Positions 54,736 to 64,000 of a stretch of 64,000 nt of DNA are shown here, one piece after another (position 1 is the stretch's first letter; each line of letters begins with the position of its first letter). The notes under the pieces are model-generated. The model searched no databases and was not told the origin of the DNA. It worked only from the letters and a program-made list of their open reading frames with translations. The stretch comes from Coriobacteriia bacterium. GTDB taxonomy: Bacteria; Actinomycetota; Coriobacteriia; Anaerosomatales; JAAXUF01. Where the stretch lies: contig JBBRSD010000008.1 in assembly GCA_038245725.1 (NCBI GenBank), positions 79,946-143,945 of the forward strand. Direction: 5' to 3'. The position numbers and the translations under genes were made by a program.

Positions 54736-56301
54736 TCAGCCGCGGTCGCCGGTCGAGCCGCGGCCCTTGCCGCGAATCCCAACCGCCGAGACGATCCCAC
54801 CGAATGCGACCAGCCCAGCGGCGAGCCACATGCCGCTGCGAAACGCCGTCTTCGCCGCCACGATGGCGAGGCGGGACGCCTCCGCTGACGCCGGACCCGT
54901 CCCTCTCGGCATGTTGAACGCCTTGTCGCGGACGGGATCGAGCGCCGCGAGGACGTCGGCCGACGCGCCGGTGGCGATATGCGAGATCCCCGACTGCCAC
55001 AGCTGCACGACGATGACGCCCATCAGCGCGATCGCGACCAGTCCCGCGACTCGCGCGACGGCGTTGTTGAAGCCGGATGCCACGCCTGAGTAGCGCTCCT
55101 CGGCCGAGCCAATGGCGGTCGCGGTCACCGGTGTCACGATGAAGCCGAGGCCGAGGCCGAACAGCATCACGCCGGGCACGAGCACCGTGAACAACTGTCC
55201 CGGCCCGGTGAACGACGCGAGCACGATTCCGGCCGCCGCCGTGAGCGCGCCGCCGAACATGAGCCAGCGCGACCCGTAGCGGTCATAGAGGCGTCCGGCG
55301 TACGGCGAAAGGAAGAAGAGCAGCAGCGTGATCGGGATGAAGAGCGTGCCCGCGACCGTGGCCGAGCCGCCAAGCGCGGACTGTACGTACAGCGGGATGT
55401 AGAAGAACTGGCCGTACAGCCCCGCGTAGATGAAGAACGTCACGACGTTGGCCACCGCGAGGTTCCTGTTCGAGAACATCCCGGCAGGGATCACCGGCGA
55501 CGGCGCGCGCCGCTCCCACCACGCGAACAGCGGCAGCAGCAAGACTCCCACGACGAACGAGCCCACGATCAGCGGGTTCATCCACCCGGACACCGGGCCT
55601 TGGATGAGCGCGAAGACGATGCCGCCGAAGGGCGCGACGATGAGCGCTATGCCCACGAAGTCGATGCGCGGGTCGGCGGTCGTGTCGCGCGACTCGGGCA
55701 CGCGCCGCGCGAGCAGCCACGCGATGACGGCCAGAACCGGCGTGATCAGTAGCGCGAATCGCCAGCTCGCGTGGTCGATGATGATGCCGCCGGTCACGGG
55801 TCCAAGCACGGTCGCGATGCCCGACCACGCTGCCCACGTCCCGATCGCTTTGCCGCGCTCGTCCACTGGGAAGGTGGCGTTGATGATCGCGAGCGTCGTG
55901 GGCACGAGCAGGGCGCCCGCGACCCCCTGCGCGGCCCGCAAGCCGATGAGCACGTAGGCGTTTGGCGACAGCGCCGCGGCGGTCGCAAGTACCGCGTACG
56001 CCGCCGCCCCGACGCGGAACTGCCTGCGCCTGCCGACGAGGTCCGAGAGCCGCCCGCCGGCAAGCATCAGCGCCGAAAGCGTGAGCAGATACGACGACGC
56101 GACCCACTGCTGCGTCGCCGTCGAGACGTGGAACTCGCGCTGGATCGAGGGCAGCGCCAACCCCACGAGGCTCGTGTCGAGGAACACCAGCCCGGCGCCG
56201 ATGATCATCGCGATGAGCGTCCGCCGCTTTGTTGCAGCGTCGAAGGACGGCGCACTGTCGGGCTTCTCGGTAGTGGGGGTCATGGTTTCCATGTCTGGCA
56301 T
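54736..56301 (-). CDS. MFS transporter, DHA2 (EmrB/QacA-like, 14-TM) family
   Basis: LDTSLVGLALPSIQ, GRLSDLVGRR and 14 hydrophobic segments. Start uncertain among the Met codons at 56301, 56292 and 56283. Confidence 0.85.
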   Translation of the reverse strand: MPDMETMTPTTEKPDSAPSFDAATKRRTLIAMIIGAGLVFLDTSLVGLALPSIQREFHVSTATQQWVASSYLLTLSALMLAGGRLSDLVGRRRQFRVGAAAYAVLATAAALSPNAYVLIGLRAAQGVAGALLVPTTLAIINATFPVDERGKAIGTWAAWSGIATVLGPVTGGIIIDHASWRFALLITPVLAVIAWLLARRVPESRDTTADPRIDFVGIALIVAPFGGIVFALIQGPVSGWMNPLIVGSFVVGVLLLPLFAWWERRAPSPVIPAGMFSNRNLAVANVVTFFIYAGLYGQFFYIPLYVQSALGGSATVAGTLFIPITLLLFFLSPYAGRLYDRYGSRWLMFGGALTAAAGIVLASFTGPGQLFTVLVPGVMLFGLGLGFIVTPVTATAIGSAEERYSGVASGFNNAVARVAGLVAIALMGVIVVQLWQSGISHIATGASADVLAALDPVRDKAFNMPRGTGPASAEASRLAIVAAKTAFRSGMWLAAGLVAFGGIVSAVGIRGKGRGSTGDRG

Positions 56302-56338
56302 ATGCCCCCGATGAATTCCGGGCCCGCTATGCGGCGGA

Positions 56339-56878
56339 TCAGGCGCCTCGTACGGACGGCTCTGGCGCGGTGAGCTCGCCTGCGAGCATGTCCATGAGCA
56401 GGTTGTCGTGGAAGGTGCCGTCGGCGCCCATCTCGTACTCGCGCATGACGCCGACCGGCCGGAAGCCGACCTTGCTGTACGCCGCAATCGCCCGGCCGTT
56501 GACGACCGCGGGGTCGATGGTGAGCCGGTGGTGGCCGCGCTCGGCGAACAGGTACGCCGCAAGCGTCCGGAGCGCGTCGCTGCCGAGGCCCTGGTCCAGG
56601 TGCGCCGCGTCGAGCGTGATGTCGATTCCCGCCGAGCGGTAGTACGGGTCGGCCTCCTCGGAGTAAATGATCAAGCCGATGAACTCGCCGCCGGTCTCGA
56701 CCGCGAGCGACGTGCCCGCGCGGTCTTCGAGTGTGTCGGCTCGGAGGCGCGTCATGTCGTAGCCGGGCCACCACTCGGCGATGCCCGGCTGCAAGAGGAT
56801 CTCGAGCAGGCGCGGCAGGTCGGCGTCGTCGAGAAGGCGCAGCGTGATCCGGTCGCCATGGAGTGTGGGATGCGTCAT
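56339..56878 (-). CDS. GNAT-family N-acetyltransferase
   Basis: LRLLDDADLPRL...QGLGSDALRTLAAYLF...NGRAIAAYSKVGFRPVG. Confidence 0.8.
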   Translation of the reverse strand: MTHPTLHGDRITLRLLDDADLPRLLEILLQPGIAEWWPGYDMTRLRADTLEDRAGTSLAVETGGEFIGLIIYSEEADPYYRSAGIDITLDAAHLDQGLGSDALRTLAAYLFAERGHHRLTIDPAVVNGRAIAAYSKVGFRPVGVMREYEMGADGTFHDNLLMDMLAGELTAPEPSVRGA

Positions 56879-56992
56879 GGGAGGTAGATACCCACCGGGC
56901 GCGTCGCCGAGTTTCATCCGGATGATATTGCGCGCGGCATTCTACCCGGGTAGTATCTGCCTTCGAACAGCATCCAGCCGAGGAGACCGTCC

Positions 56993-57607
56993 ATGCCCGC
57001 AATCCACTCCGCGCCCGCCGCCGTCGTCGCCTTCGCCGGCAGCGCGCTCATCGCCGAAGGCGATCTCGGCGACGTTGTCCGGCGCGCCAAGGAGCGGCTC
57101 GAGGCTCGCGAGCAGTCGCCGGTGCTGCTCTTCGACGCGGTCACGAGCCGGCCCGTCGAGGTCGACTTCCGAGGCACAGTAGGCGACGTGCTCGCGCGAC
57201 TCGCTCCCGCGCCCGCGGCCGCGCCGGCGCCCGGTGCGCTCCTGGCGCCGACGCGCTCCCCCGGCAGGCCGAAGCTCGGCGTGGTCGCCCGCGAGGTGAC
57301 GCTGTTGCCGCGGCACTGGGAGTGGCTCGCGACTCAGCCGGGCGGCGCGTCGGCGGCGCTGCGTCGACTCGTGGAGAGCGCGCGGCGCGACCGCGGGCCG
57401 GCGGACCGACGCCGCGAGGCGCAGGAGTCCGCATACCGCTTCGCATCCGCGATGGCGGGCGACGAGGCCGGCTTCGAAGAGGCGACGCGCGCGCTGTACG
57501 CCGGCGACGCGCAGCGCTTCGCGGAGCACACCACCACCTGGCCGCCGGACGTCCGCGACCACGCGCGCGCACTGGCCGCCGCGGCCTTCTCGGCAGGTGA
57601 TGAGTGA
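56993..57607 (+). CDS. DUF2239-family protein
   Basis: GRPKLGVVAREVTLLPRHWEWLATQPGGASAALRRLVE block, recalled as DUF2239. Confidence 0.6.
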   Translation: MPAIHSAPAAVVAFAGSALIAEGDLGDVVRRAKERLEAREQSPVLLFDAVTSRPVEVDFRGTVGDVLARLAPAPAAAPAPGALLAPTRSPGRPKLGVVAREVTLLPRHWEWLATQPGGASAALRRLVESARRDRGPADRRREAQESAYRFASAMAGDEAGFEEATRALYAGDAQRFAEHTTTWPPDVRDHARALAAAAFSAGDE

Positions 57608-57957
57608 TGGATCGCAAGGCGATGCGGCAGGCGTACCGAGACGCGCCGCCGCCGATGGGCGTGTGGGCGGTGCGCAACACCACCGACGGCACGATGCTCG
57701 TCGGCGCGAGCCCGAACGCGGCCGGGCGGCTCAACCGCGAGCGGTTCTCACTCGAGACGGGGTCACACCTCTCGCGCGACCTGCAGGCGGATTGGAACCG
57801 GCTCGGCGAGGGCGCGTTTGTCTTCGAGGTGCTCGATACGCTCGACCAGCCAGACGATCCCGATACCGATGCGTCGGAGGACCTCGCCGAGCTCCTTGCC
57901 ATGTGGCTCGACAAGCTCGCCCTCCCAACCGAGAAGCTCTACGCGGACAGGGGCTGA
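57604..57957 (+). CDS. Small GIY-YIG-superfamily protein
   Basis: ATGA overlap with the upstream gene. PPPMGVWAVRN..DGTMLVGASPN..GRLNRERF...FEVLD resembles the GIY / YIG / R / E elements. Confidence 0.55.
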   Translation: MMDRKAMRQAYRDAPPPMGVWAVRNTTDGTMLVGASPNAAGRLNRERFSLETGSHLSRDLQADWNRLGEGAFVFEVLDTLDQPDDPDTDASEDLAELLAMWLDKLALPTEKLYADRG

Positions 57958-58165
57958 CGCCGCTAACCTCGCGCGCAGCTCGCAGGGCCCGGCATCGCTG
58001 GACTGGGCGCCCGCGCGTGCGCCGACCTCGCGATGTATCGGGTCAAGCGTTCCGGAGGCAATAGCTACCGCGTCCACCAGGAGGCTTCCGGCAAGCACGT
58101 CGAACAGCAGTAGCCTCCCAAGTCCCCTTCGGCGCGGCGCGAATGGCCGCCGGCCGGGCCGCGGA

Positions 58166-59554
58166 CTACACCCGCAGGTCAGCCTGGACCGAAGCGAGCA
58201 TCGCGAGCGGGATGGCCGGGTCGATCTCGCCCTCGGCGAATCCCAGCGACAGTGTGAGGTCGCCCGCGTAGCTGCTGACTCCGAGCATCGCAAAGGGCGG
58301 ATGCGCCGCTACGCCAAGCACGACAACGCGACTGGGCGTGAGGTCGCCGAAGCTCAGGCGCTCGGTGTCGAGCGCGCCGAAGTTCGACAGGAACGGATAC
58401 GTTCGGCCGGCCTGCTGGCCGCGCTCCATATGAGCGATTATCGGCTCGCCGGTCTTAGCGTAGCCGCGAAGTCGGTACAGCAGCTCGAGCAGGAACGCAC
58501 CGCCAAGACCGGGCGACGACTTCTTGAGCAGCGACATCTGAGCGGCGACCCGCTTCAGGGTGGCTTCGAACGACTCGCCCGTCACGCGGCCGAGGCTCAC
58601 CGGCTCGACGCTCGAGAGGTTCGACGCGGCGGGCATCGGGTCCGACGGACTCAGGTAGCGGCGTTGGTCGAACGAGACGCGCATCACCATCGGCTGCCCT
58701 CCGGCGGGCTCGAGTTGCTCGAACATCGCTCGGTAGAACGCCGCCAGCACGATGTCGTTCACGGTGTAGCCGCGCTTCTTGCCCCACGCCTTGATCGCCG
58801 AGAACTGCTCGGCTGAGAGCGTGAGCAGGTCGTGGTGGCGCCGACCCGTGGCCTCGCCGGCGCGCGGCAGCCCCCATGTGGGAGGCGGGTCGGAGCGTCG
58901 GCGAGCGACCGCCGCGACCAGCCGTGGCCAGCCAGCCGGGCGCCGAAGCCGCCGCCAGCCGCGGTCGGTCGCCGCGGCGCGTGGGTCGTCGGCGAGCGAG
59001 TCGCTGTACGCTGCGGCGAGCAGCTCGACGCAGGCTTTCGCACCCTGGCCGTCGGCGGCGGTGTGATCGATGCGAATCGCGAGCGCGTCCCCCGCACGGC
59101 CGCGCACGAGCGTGACCGCGAGGTGCGGCTCGTCGGACTCGAGCGGCTGACCTGCCTCGATAACTGCGCGCGCGAAGGGGTCGATGGCGCCGTGGTGTTC
59201 GACCGCACCAGCATCCGCGACCGGCTCGTGCCACGCGTCGCGGTCCTCGACCACGAAGCGGCAGCCGAGCACCGGCTGTGCCGCGATCACGTCGCGGACC
59301 GCCCTGGCGAGGCGCTCGCCATCGAGCCGTCTCGGGAACTCGATCACTACGCCGAGTTGCTGGTCAGCGACCACACGGGCGAAGGCGTTGAAGGCGTCTT
59401 GAGGCTGGGCTGCGATTCGGGCCGAAGGGGCCGGAAGTTCACTCGCTGCCGTCAGATCCGCCGCGTCCGCCACGTGGTTCTCCTCCCCGACCGTTGCCCC
59501 CGCGCTATAGCGTAGCTCATGCCCATTGGCACGCGGGAGGGTGCGCAGCCGCAC
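58166..59554 (-). CDS. Stand-alone condensation-domain / PapA-WES-like acyltransferase
   Basis: HxxxDG catalytic motif in IRIDHTAADGQGAKA. About 460 aa, two-lobed. Start uncertain. Confidence 0.65.
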   Translation of the reverse strand: MRLRTLPRANGHELRYSAGATVGEENHVADAADLTAASELPAPSARIAAQPQDAFNAFARVVADQQLGVVIEFPRRLDGERLARAVRDVIAAQPVLGCRFVVEDRDAWHEPVADAGAVEHHGAIDPFARAVIEAGQPLESDEPHLAVTLVRGRAGDALAIRIDHTAADGQGAKACVELLAAAYSDSLADDPRAAATDRGWRRLRRPAGWPRLVAAVARRRSDPPPTWGLPRAGEATGRRHHDLLTLSAEQFSAIKAWGKKRGYTVNDIVLAAFYRAMFEQLEPAGGQPMVMRVSFDQRRYLSPSDPMPAASNLSSVEPVSLGRVTGESFEATLKRVAAQMSLLKKSSPGLGGAFLLELLYRLRGYAKTGEPIIAHMERGQQAGRTYPFLSNFGALDTERLSFGDLTPSRVVVLGVAAHPPFAMLGVSSYAGDLTLSLGFAEGEIDPAIPLAMLASVQADLRV

Positions 59555-59565
59555 TTCGACCCGTC

Positions 59566-59769
59566 TTAGCCGAGAAGTTCGACCCCCGGCCAGTCGCCAT
59601 GCGCTCGGCGGTCAGCCGAGACCAGCGGAGCGCCGAGTGTCTCGGCGAGCGCCGGAGCGAGTGCGTCATAGAACGCGCAGCCGGTGCGGGCGCACACGTC
59701 AGCCGCACGCCTGACGAGATCGTCGTTGAGAGAAGCGATGGCCATATGACCGTCTGGGAGCGCGGTCAA
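59566..59769 (-). pseudogene. C-terminal fragment of a PIN-domain (VapC-like) toxin
   Basis: CAFYDALAPALAETLGAPLVSADRR resembles the last two PIN motifs. The N-terminal half and an antitoxin gene are absent. Confidence 0.4.
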
Positions 59770-59848
59770 GGGCCGGCGCGCGAGCGCTGTACGCCCGCAG
59801 GTCCATGCGGCCGATCTGCGTTGTGCGGATGAGAGGACGGCGCTCGAG

Positions 59849-60583
59849 CTACCTGCCGCTTACCAAGTCCGCACTCAAGACATATCGGTCGGGCGCGCTA
59901 CCGATGAAGTCGAACGGGTAGCACGTGGTCACCGTCAGCACCGCGTGGTTGGTGGGCACGATGACCGTCCGGTCGTCGGCGTGAACGATTCGAATTCGCT
60001 TGATCCGGTACGTGTAGTCGCCCCTCGCCGTCTGCACGACGAATTCGTCACCTGTCTTCAACGCGCCAAGCCCCGAGAAGACGGTGTCGCGATGGCCAGA
60101 AAGAACGCAGTTGTCCTTCTGCCCCGGAAGCACGCTCTGGGCGAAGTGACCGACGCCCTTCCTCAGATCATCGCTTCGGGTCCCTTGGATGATCGGTATC
60201 GTCTTGCCCAAGGCCGGAATCGACAGTGAGCCGAGCGTGTCACCCTCCGAAGGGTGCTTCGAGTACACAATCTTGGCCGCGCCCTGCTGCGTACGTCGAC
60301 GATTCAGTGGTTTCGGCGAGCTGGAGGCAACGCGTGACGCAGCCGGCTGAGCCGTCGTGGCAACTGCGCTCGGGACGGAATGGTCGTACACGTAGTGAGA
60401 AGGCACGGACTGCGCGCGAATGTTCGTCAGCGCCCAGCCGACAAATCCCATCCCGAGAAGCAGGCATCCCACCGACAGAGCGAGCAGCATCCTGCGCCTC
60501 TTGCGTCGAATGTTGCGTAGACGCGCGTTTCGCACTCCCGCGCCTCCTACTGCGTCGTACTGAGGCGGCCTCGCGTCATCCAT
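59849..60583 (-). CDS. Sortase (class D/E-like)
   Basis: TM anchor, catalytic VLSGHRD, LTVTTCYPF and DRYVLSA. The start may be 60613 or 60583. Confidence 0.85.
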   Translation of the reverse strand: MDDARPPQYDAVGGAGVRNARLRNIRRKRRRMLLALSVGCLLLGMGFVGWALTNIRAQSVPSHYVYDHSVPSAVATTAQPAASRVASSSPKPLNRRRTQQGAAKIVYSKHPSEGDTLGSLSIPALGKTIPIIQGTRSDDLRKGVGHFAQSVLPGQKDNCVLSGHRDTVFSGLGALKTGDEFVVQTARGDYTYRIKRIRIVHADDRTVIVPTNHAVLTVTTCYPFDFIGSAPDRYVLSADLVSGR

Positions 60584-61748
60584 GGGTCTTCCTGGTGGTT
60601 TTCCACCAGCCAAGCGCTCCAGCGAACATCAGCACGATCCCAGCGAAGAGAACGTTGTACCAAGGCGACGCCGTCTTCGGGAGTGTGCCGCCTGAGACGG
60701 TCGAAACCACGACCCTGACCGTGGAGGTGTCGCTAACCGGGGCACCAGCCTCGCTGCTGCCCGAGGCAGTGGCCGTATTGGACGTCGTGGAATCCAGCCG
60801 GGCCGTGGCGCGGAAGACCCAGATCTCGTTGGGCTGGAGCAGCTTGTCGCCGTTGACGTCGCCGGAGACGTACTTCACTGAGCCGAGCTTGTTGTCGGTC
60901 ACGGTCACATTGCTCAGGTCAACCGTCCCGCTGTTGCTTACTATGTAGGTGTATGTGACAGAACCCGGTCCGGAGGTCAGCGCCTTCGGCGACGCGGTCT
61001 TTGCAACGTTTATGGCCGAACCGATGACGCATATGCCGTTCATGATTGTGTTGTGGTCCAGCGTGACCGACCCGTTTCGGGCCAACAGCTGTCCTTGCAC
61101 GGTGGCGCCCGTTTGCGCAGTGATGGACGTCAGCGCGAAGATGTGTCCCTGGAAATGGGAGTTCGTCCCGAGCGTTGCAGAGCTTCCGACCTTCCAGAAG
61201 ACCCTGCAATATCGAGCGTTGCCGATGAGGGCAACGGTGCTGTTCGATGAGGTGATCAGCGTGGACGTGGTCTTGAAGATGAAGACGGCGTTGGGGTCAC
61301 CCGAAGCGTCGAGCGAGAGCGTACCGGTGATATGGAACGTCCCGCTGTTTGAGGCGTAGACGCCCGGCTTGAGCACAGTGCCACCAAGCTCGGTGGGGAT
61401 GATCGTCACAGGCGTTCTACCTGCTGCGTCGTTGTACGCTGTCACCAAGTCGGCCTTGGCCTGCTTCGCGACGTCGTCCGCGAGGTGAACCGCCCCGCTC
61501 CGCGTCACTTGTGCGAGCCCCGGGAACGATGTCCCAGGGTAGAGGCCGAGGTCTCCTCCGGCGCTACCACCGACTGTTGTCGCCCCGGTGTTCGTGATCG
61601 TCTGGCCCGACAACACGGCGAAGCTGGACGTCGTGCCGAGGTTCACGGTTGGTTGGGCCGCAAAGCTCATCGCAGGTAGTAGCAGTATTGATGTGAAGAT
61701 GAGCGCGAACGCCAGCGCGCGTGACGGCATCTTTGGAACGGTTCTCAT
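60576..61748 (-). CDS. Cell-wall-sorted DUF3494 (ice-binding-like beta-solenoid) protein with Ig-like domain and LPKTA sorting signal
   Basis: Signal peptide. LGTTSSFAVLSGQTITNTGATTVGGSAGGDLGLYPG and the right-handed solenoid region. C-terminal LPKTAS, a hydrophobic helix and KTTRK. Confidence 0.8.
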   Translation of the reverse strand: MRTVPKMPSRALAFALIFTSILLLPAMSFAAQPTVNLGTTSSFAVLSGQTITNTGATTVGGSAGGDLGLYPGTSFPGLAQVTRSGAVHLADDVAKQAKADLVTAYNDAAGRTPVTIIPTELGGTVLKPGVYASNSGTFHITGTLSLDASGDPNAVFIFKTTSTLITSSNSTVALIGNARYCRVFWKVGSSATLGTNSHFQGHIFALTSITAQTGATVQGQLLARNGSVTLDHNTIMNGICVIGSAINVAKTASPKALTSGPGSVTYTYIVSNSGTVDLSNVTVTDNKLGSVKYVSGDVNGDKLLQPNEIWVFRATARLDSTTSNTATASGSSEAGAPVSDTSTVRVVVSTVSGGTLPKTASPWYNVLFAGIVLMFAGALGWWKTTRKTHG

Positions 61749-61839
61749 AAGGCAGTCCCCTCCAACGTAGTGCGCTCAGACTGCCAGTAGCGTACCCCTT
61801 TTGGGGTGCAAAATGGTGAATTGACCTCAAACGGAAGGG

Positions 61840-63153
61840 CTAGAACGCCAGCGCTTCCACTCGATCGAACAGCACGCCGGTCCGCGTCAGGAACGCCCGC
61901 GGGTCGAACACGTCGTCGAGCTGCTCGGTCGTGAGCGTGCACTCCGGGTCGCCCTCGAGCAGCTCTCGGTAGCTCCGCCCGGCTCGCGCCTGCTGGATGT
62001 CGTCCCACACCACCATCGCGTTGGCCTGCACGATCGCGTACGCGTCCTCGCGAACCATGCCGCCGTCGATCAGCTTCAGCAGCACTCGCGAGCTGTAGAT
62101 CAGCCCACGCGTCGACTCGAGGTTCGCGAGCATCTTCGCCGGATACAGCACCAGCCCGTCGAGGATCCACTCGAGCTTACCCAGGATGTAGTCGAGCCCG
62201 ATCGTCGAGTCAGCGAGCACCACGCGCTCGGCGCTGCTGTGCGAGATGTCGCGCTCGTGCCAGAGCGCCACGTTGTCGAAGCCCACCTGCGCGTTCGCCT
62301 TGATGACGCGCGCCAGGCCGCAGACACGCTCGGCCGTAATCGGGTTCCGCTTATGCGGCATCGCCGAGGAACCCTTCTGGCCCTTGGCGAACGGCTCCTC
62401 GGCTTCGAGGGTGTCGCTCTTCTGCAGCGCGCGGACTTCGGTGGCGATCTCCTCGGCCTCGGCGGCGACGACGGCCATCGCCGCAAGACACTGCGCGTGT
62501 CGGTCGCGGGGGATCACCTGCGTCGACATCGGCTCGGGGGTGAGGCCGAGCTTCTCGCAGACGTACTCCTCGACGAACGGATCGATGTTGGAGTAGCTGC
62601 CCACAGCGCCGCTGATCGCGCCCATGGCAATCATCTCGCGAGCGACGAGCAGGCGGGTCTCGGCGCGCTTCATCGAAAACGCCCAGCGGCCGAACTTCAT
62701 GCCCATCGTCATCGGCTCGGCGTGGATGCCGTGCGTGCGTCCGACGCACAGCGTGTCGCGCTCCTCGAGCGCGCGGCGCTTGCAGATCTCGCCGAGGCGG
62801 CGGACGTCGGCGATGAGGATGTCGACCGCCTGCGTCATCTGGTAGCACAGCGCCGTGTCGCCGAGGTCGCTGCTGGTCATGCCGTAGTGGACCCACTTCG
62901 ATTCCGGCCCGATGTGCTCGGCCATGTTCGTGAGGAACGCGATGACGTCGTGGTTGGTGACCCGCTCGATCTCCTCGATGCGCTCGACCTCGAACGCCGC
63001 GCGCGTCTTGATGACGGCGCACTCCTCGCGCGGGATCACGCCCAGCTCGGTTTGAGCCTCGCACGCGAGGATCTCGATCTCCTTCCAGATCTCGAACTTG
63101 TTCTCGAGCTCCCAGATGCGAGCCATTTCAGGTCGGGAGTAACGAGGGATCAT
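61840..63153 (-). CDS. purB: Adenylosuccinate lyase
   Basis: MIPRYSRPEM..., GMTSSD, SSAMPHKRNP signature. Confidence 0.95.
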   Translation of the reverse strand: MIPRYSRPEMARIWELENKFEIWKEIEILACEAQTELGVIPREECAVIKTRAAFEVERIEEIERVTNHDVIAFLTNMAEHIGPESKWVHYGMTSSDLGDTALCYQMTQAVDILIADVRRLGEICKRRALEERDTLCVGRTHGIHAEPMTMGMKFGRWAFSMKRAETRLLVAREMIAMGAISGAVGSYSNIDPFVEEYVCEKLGLTPEPMSTQVIPRDRHAQCLAAMAVVAAEAEEIATEVRALQKSDTLEAEEPFAKGQKGSSAMPHKRNPITAERVCGLARVIKANAQVGFDNVALWHERDISHSSAERVVLADSTIGLDYILGKLEWILDGLVLYPAKMLANLESTRGLIYSSRVLLKLIDGGMVREDAYAIVQANAMVVWDDIQQARAGRSYRELLEGDPECTLTTEQLDDVFDPRAFLTRTGVLFDRVEALAF

Positions 63154-63231
63154 GCGTCAGCGCTCCAATTCGATGTCATCAAGCCGGTCGTTGGTGATGG
63201 TATCAATCAACCGCCGATGGTGCTGTTCTAC

Positions 63232-63468
63232 TCAGCCCCGAACGCGGCGTGTAATCTCCGCGATTACCTCGTCGACGACGGCCCGCGTGGTGAACGGGCG
63301 GACTGACTGACGAATCTCCTCGGAGATCGCAGGAAGGTCGTCTGCCGTCAGCCCGACGAGGAGTTTCCCCGGCCTGTGAGTCGCCTTCGAGGCATACACC
63401 GTTGCCATGGCCCGGCCCACAAGTGGCGTGAGCACGTCGAGGACAACGTTGTGGATGTCCTCGCTCAT
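63232..63468 (-). CDS. Hypothetical 78-aa protein
   Basis: The ATG forms an ATGA overlap with the upstream membrane-protein stop. No family recognised. Confidence 0.4.
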   Translation of the reverse strand: MSEDIHNVVLDVLTPLVGRAMATVYASKATHRPGKLLVGLTADDLPAISEEIRQSVRPFTTRAVVDEVIAEITRRVRG

Positions 63469-64000
63469 GACCGCGCTCCGGCTTTGCGGGGTGCGTGCAC
63501 GTCGACAGCGATCGAAGCTCCCACGGCGATCGCCGTGTACCCAAACCACCATCCCATATCGACGAAGGAACCCGTCGCGTACGTGCCCTGGAAGTCAAGC
63601 ACGCCGAACAGCACGTCTGCGACCATCACAAGTGTCAGTCCGACCACGACCGTCCACCACGACCATGCGAGGCGTCCGCCCGCGAAATGCGAGAGCGCCA
63701 TCGCCAAGGCCAGCGCCGGGAGGAGCAGGAGCCAGATGTCGCCGACGGGATACAGGATGCCCAGAAACTTCTCCAGGCTCGAAGCCTCGGTGTCGGCGAG
63801 GATCGGCTGAAAGGCAATCGCCCAAAGTCCGGCGGTGGCCACCGCGGCGACCGCTGTCGCCAGCAACATGGGTGCCCTCAGGCTCATCGACCTGCGGAAC
63901 GAAAACAGCGCCATCAGCAAACCGCCCGCGAGGATCGGAAACGAGATGAGGTAGAAGAAGTCCGCAACCGACGGGAACGGGACTTCCTGCGGATTGACCA
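63465..64000 (-). CDS. Polytopic membrane protein, 5' end outside the window
   Basis: The reading frame stays open to the window edge (..VNPQEVPFPSVADFFYLISFPILAGGLLMALFSF..). Repeated hydrophobic helices. Confidence 0.55.
   Translation of the reverse strand, partial: VNPQEVPFPSVADFFYLISFPILAGGLLMALFSFRRSMSLRAPMLLATAVAAVATAGLWAIAFQPILADTEASSLEKFLGILYPVGDIWLLLLPALALAMALSHFAGGRLAWSWWTVVVGLTLVMVADVLFGVLDFQGTYATGSFVDMGWWFGYTAIAVGASIAVDVHAPRKAGARS

Noticed and set aside
57958-58165. 208-nt convergent intergenic region, inspected for a terminator or small RNA.
   Set aside because: Only weak, imperfect complementarity was found (CCGGAGGC...GCTTCCGG), with no U tract or conserved motif that I could support.

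Overview
High-GC chromosomal segment. The gene content fits an anaerobic, monoderm, Actinomycetota-like organism (sortase with an LPXTA-type substrate, Hanks kinase, OmpR/HK pair); this taxon guess is inference only. I support about 60 protein genes. Most long ORFs in the track that lie antisense to these genes are GC-driven shadow ORFs. The core content is dispersed purine biosynthesis (purF, purL, purQ, purS, purC, purB). Accessory highlights follow. (1) An hgcA-hgcB mercury-methylation gene pair whose HgcB has an unusually long Cys-rich tail. (2) A roughly 21-kb block on the minus strand for tungsten/molybdenum metabolism. It runs tupABC, mobA-fdhD fusion, moeA, a 72-aa orphan, mobB, moaA, moaC, MOSC, mog and a class-V aminotransferase. 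These are followed by TPR and NHL membrane proteins and then an FdnG-like formate dehydrogenase. The track splits that dehydrogenase into two ORFs at an in-frame TGA, which I read as selenocysteine because a SECIS-like hairpin follows it. Downstream lie an FdnH-like FeS subunit, a hexaheme cytochrome c, a polytopic membrane protein and a lipoprotein. (3) Two related Moco-riboswitch-like leaders, one on tupA and one upstream of the formate dehydrogenase. (4) Two large secreted multi-blade beta-propeller proteins and a membrane Ser/Thr kinase share C-terminal extracellular modules, and two of these three genes carry a duplicated ~60-nt promoter/leader. (5) hicAB, a truncated PIN fragment, an RHS remnant and a sortase/DUF3494 pair. 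I recognised no rRNA, tRNA, CRISPR array or intact mobile element. CDS coordinates come from codon counting on the ORF track. Coordinates of RNA and promoter features were read by eye and may be off by a few nt.
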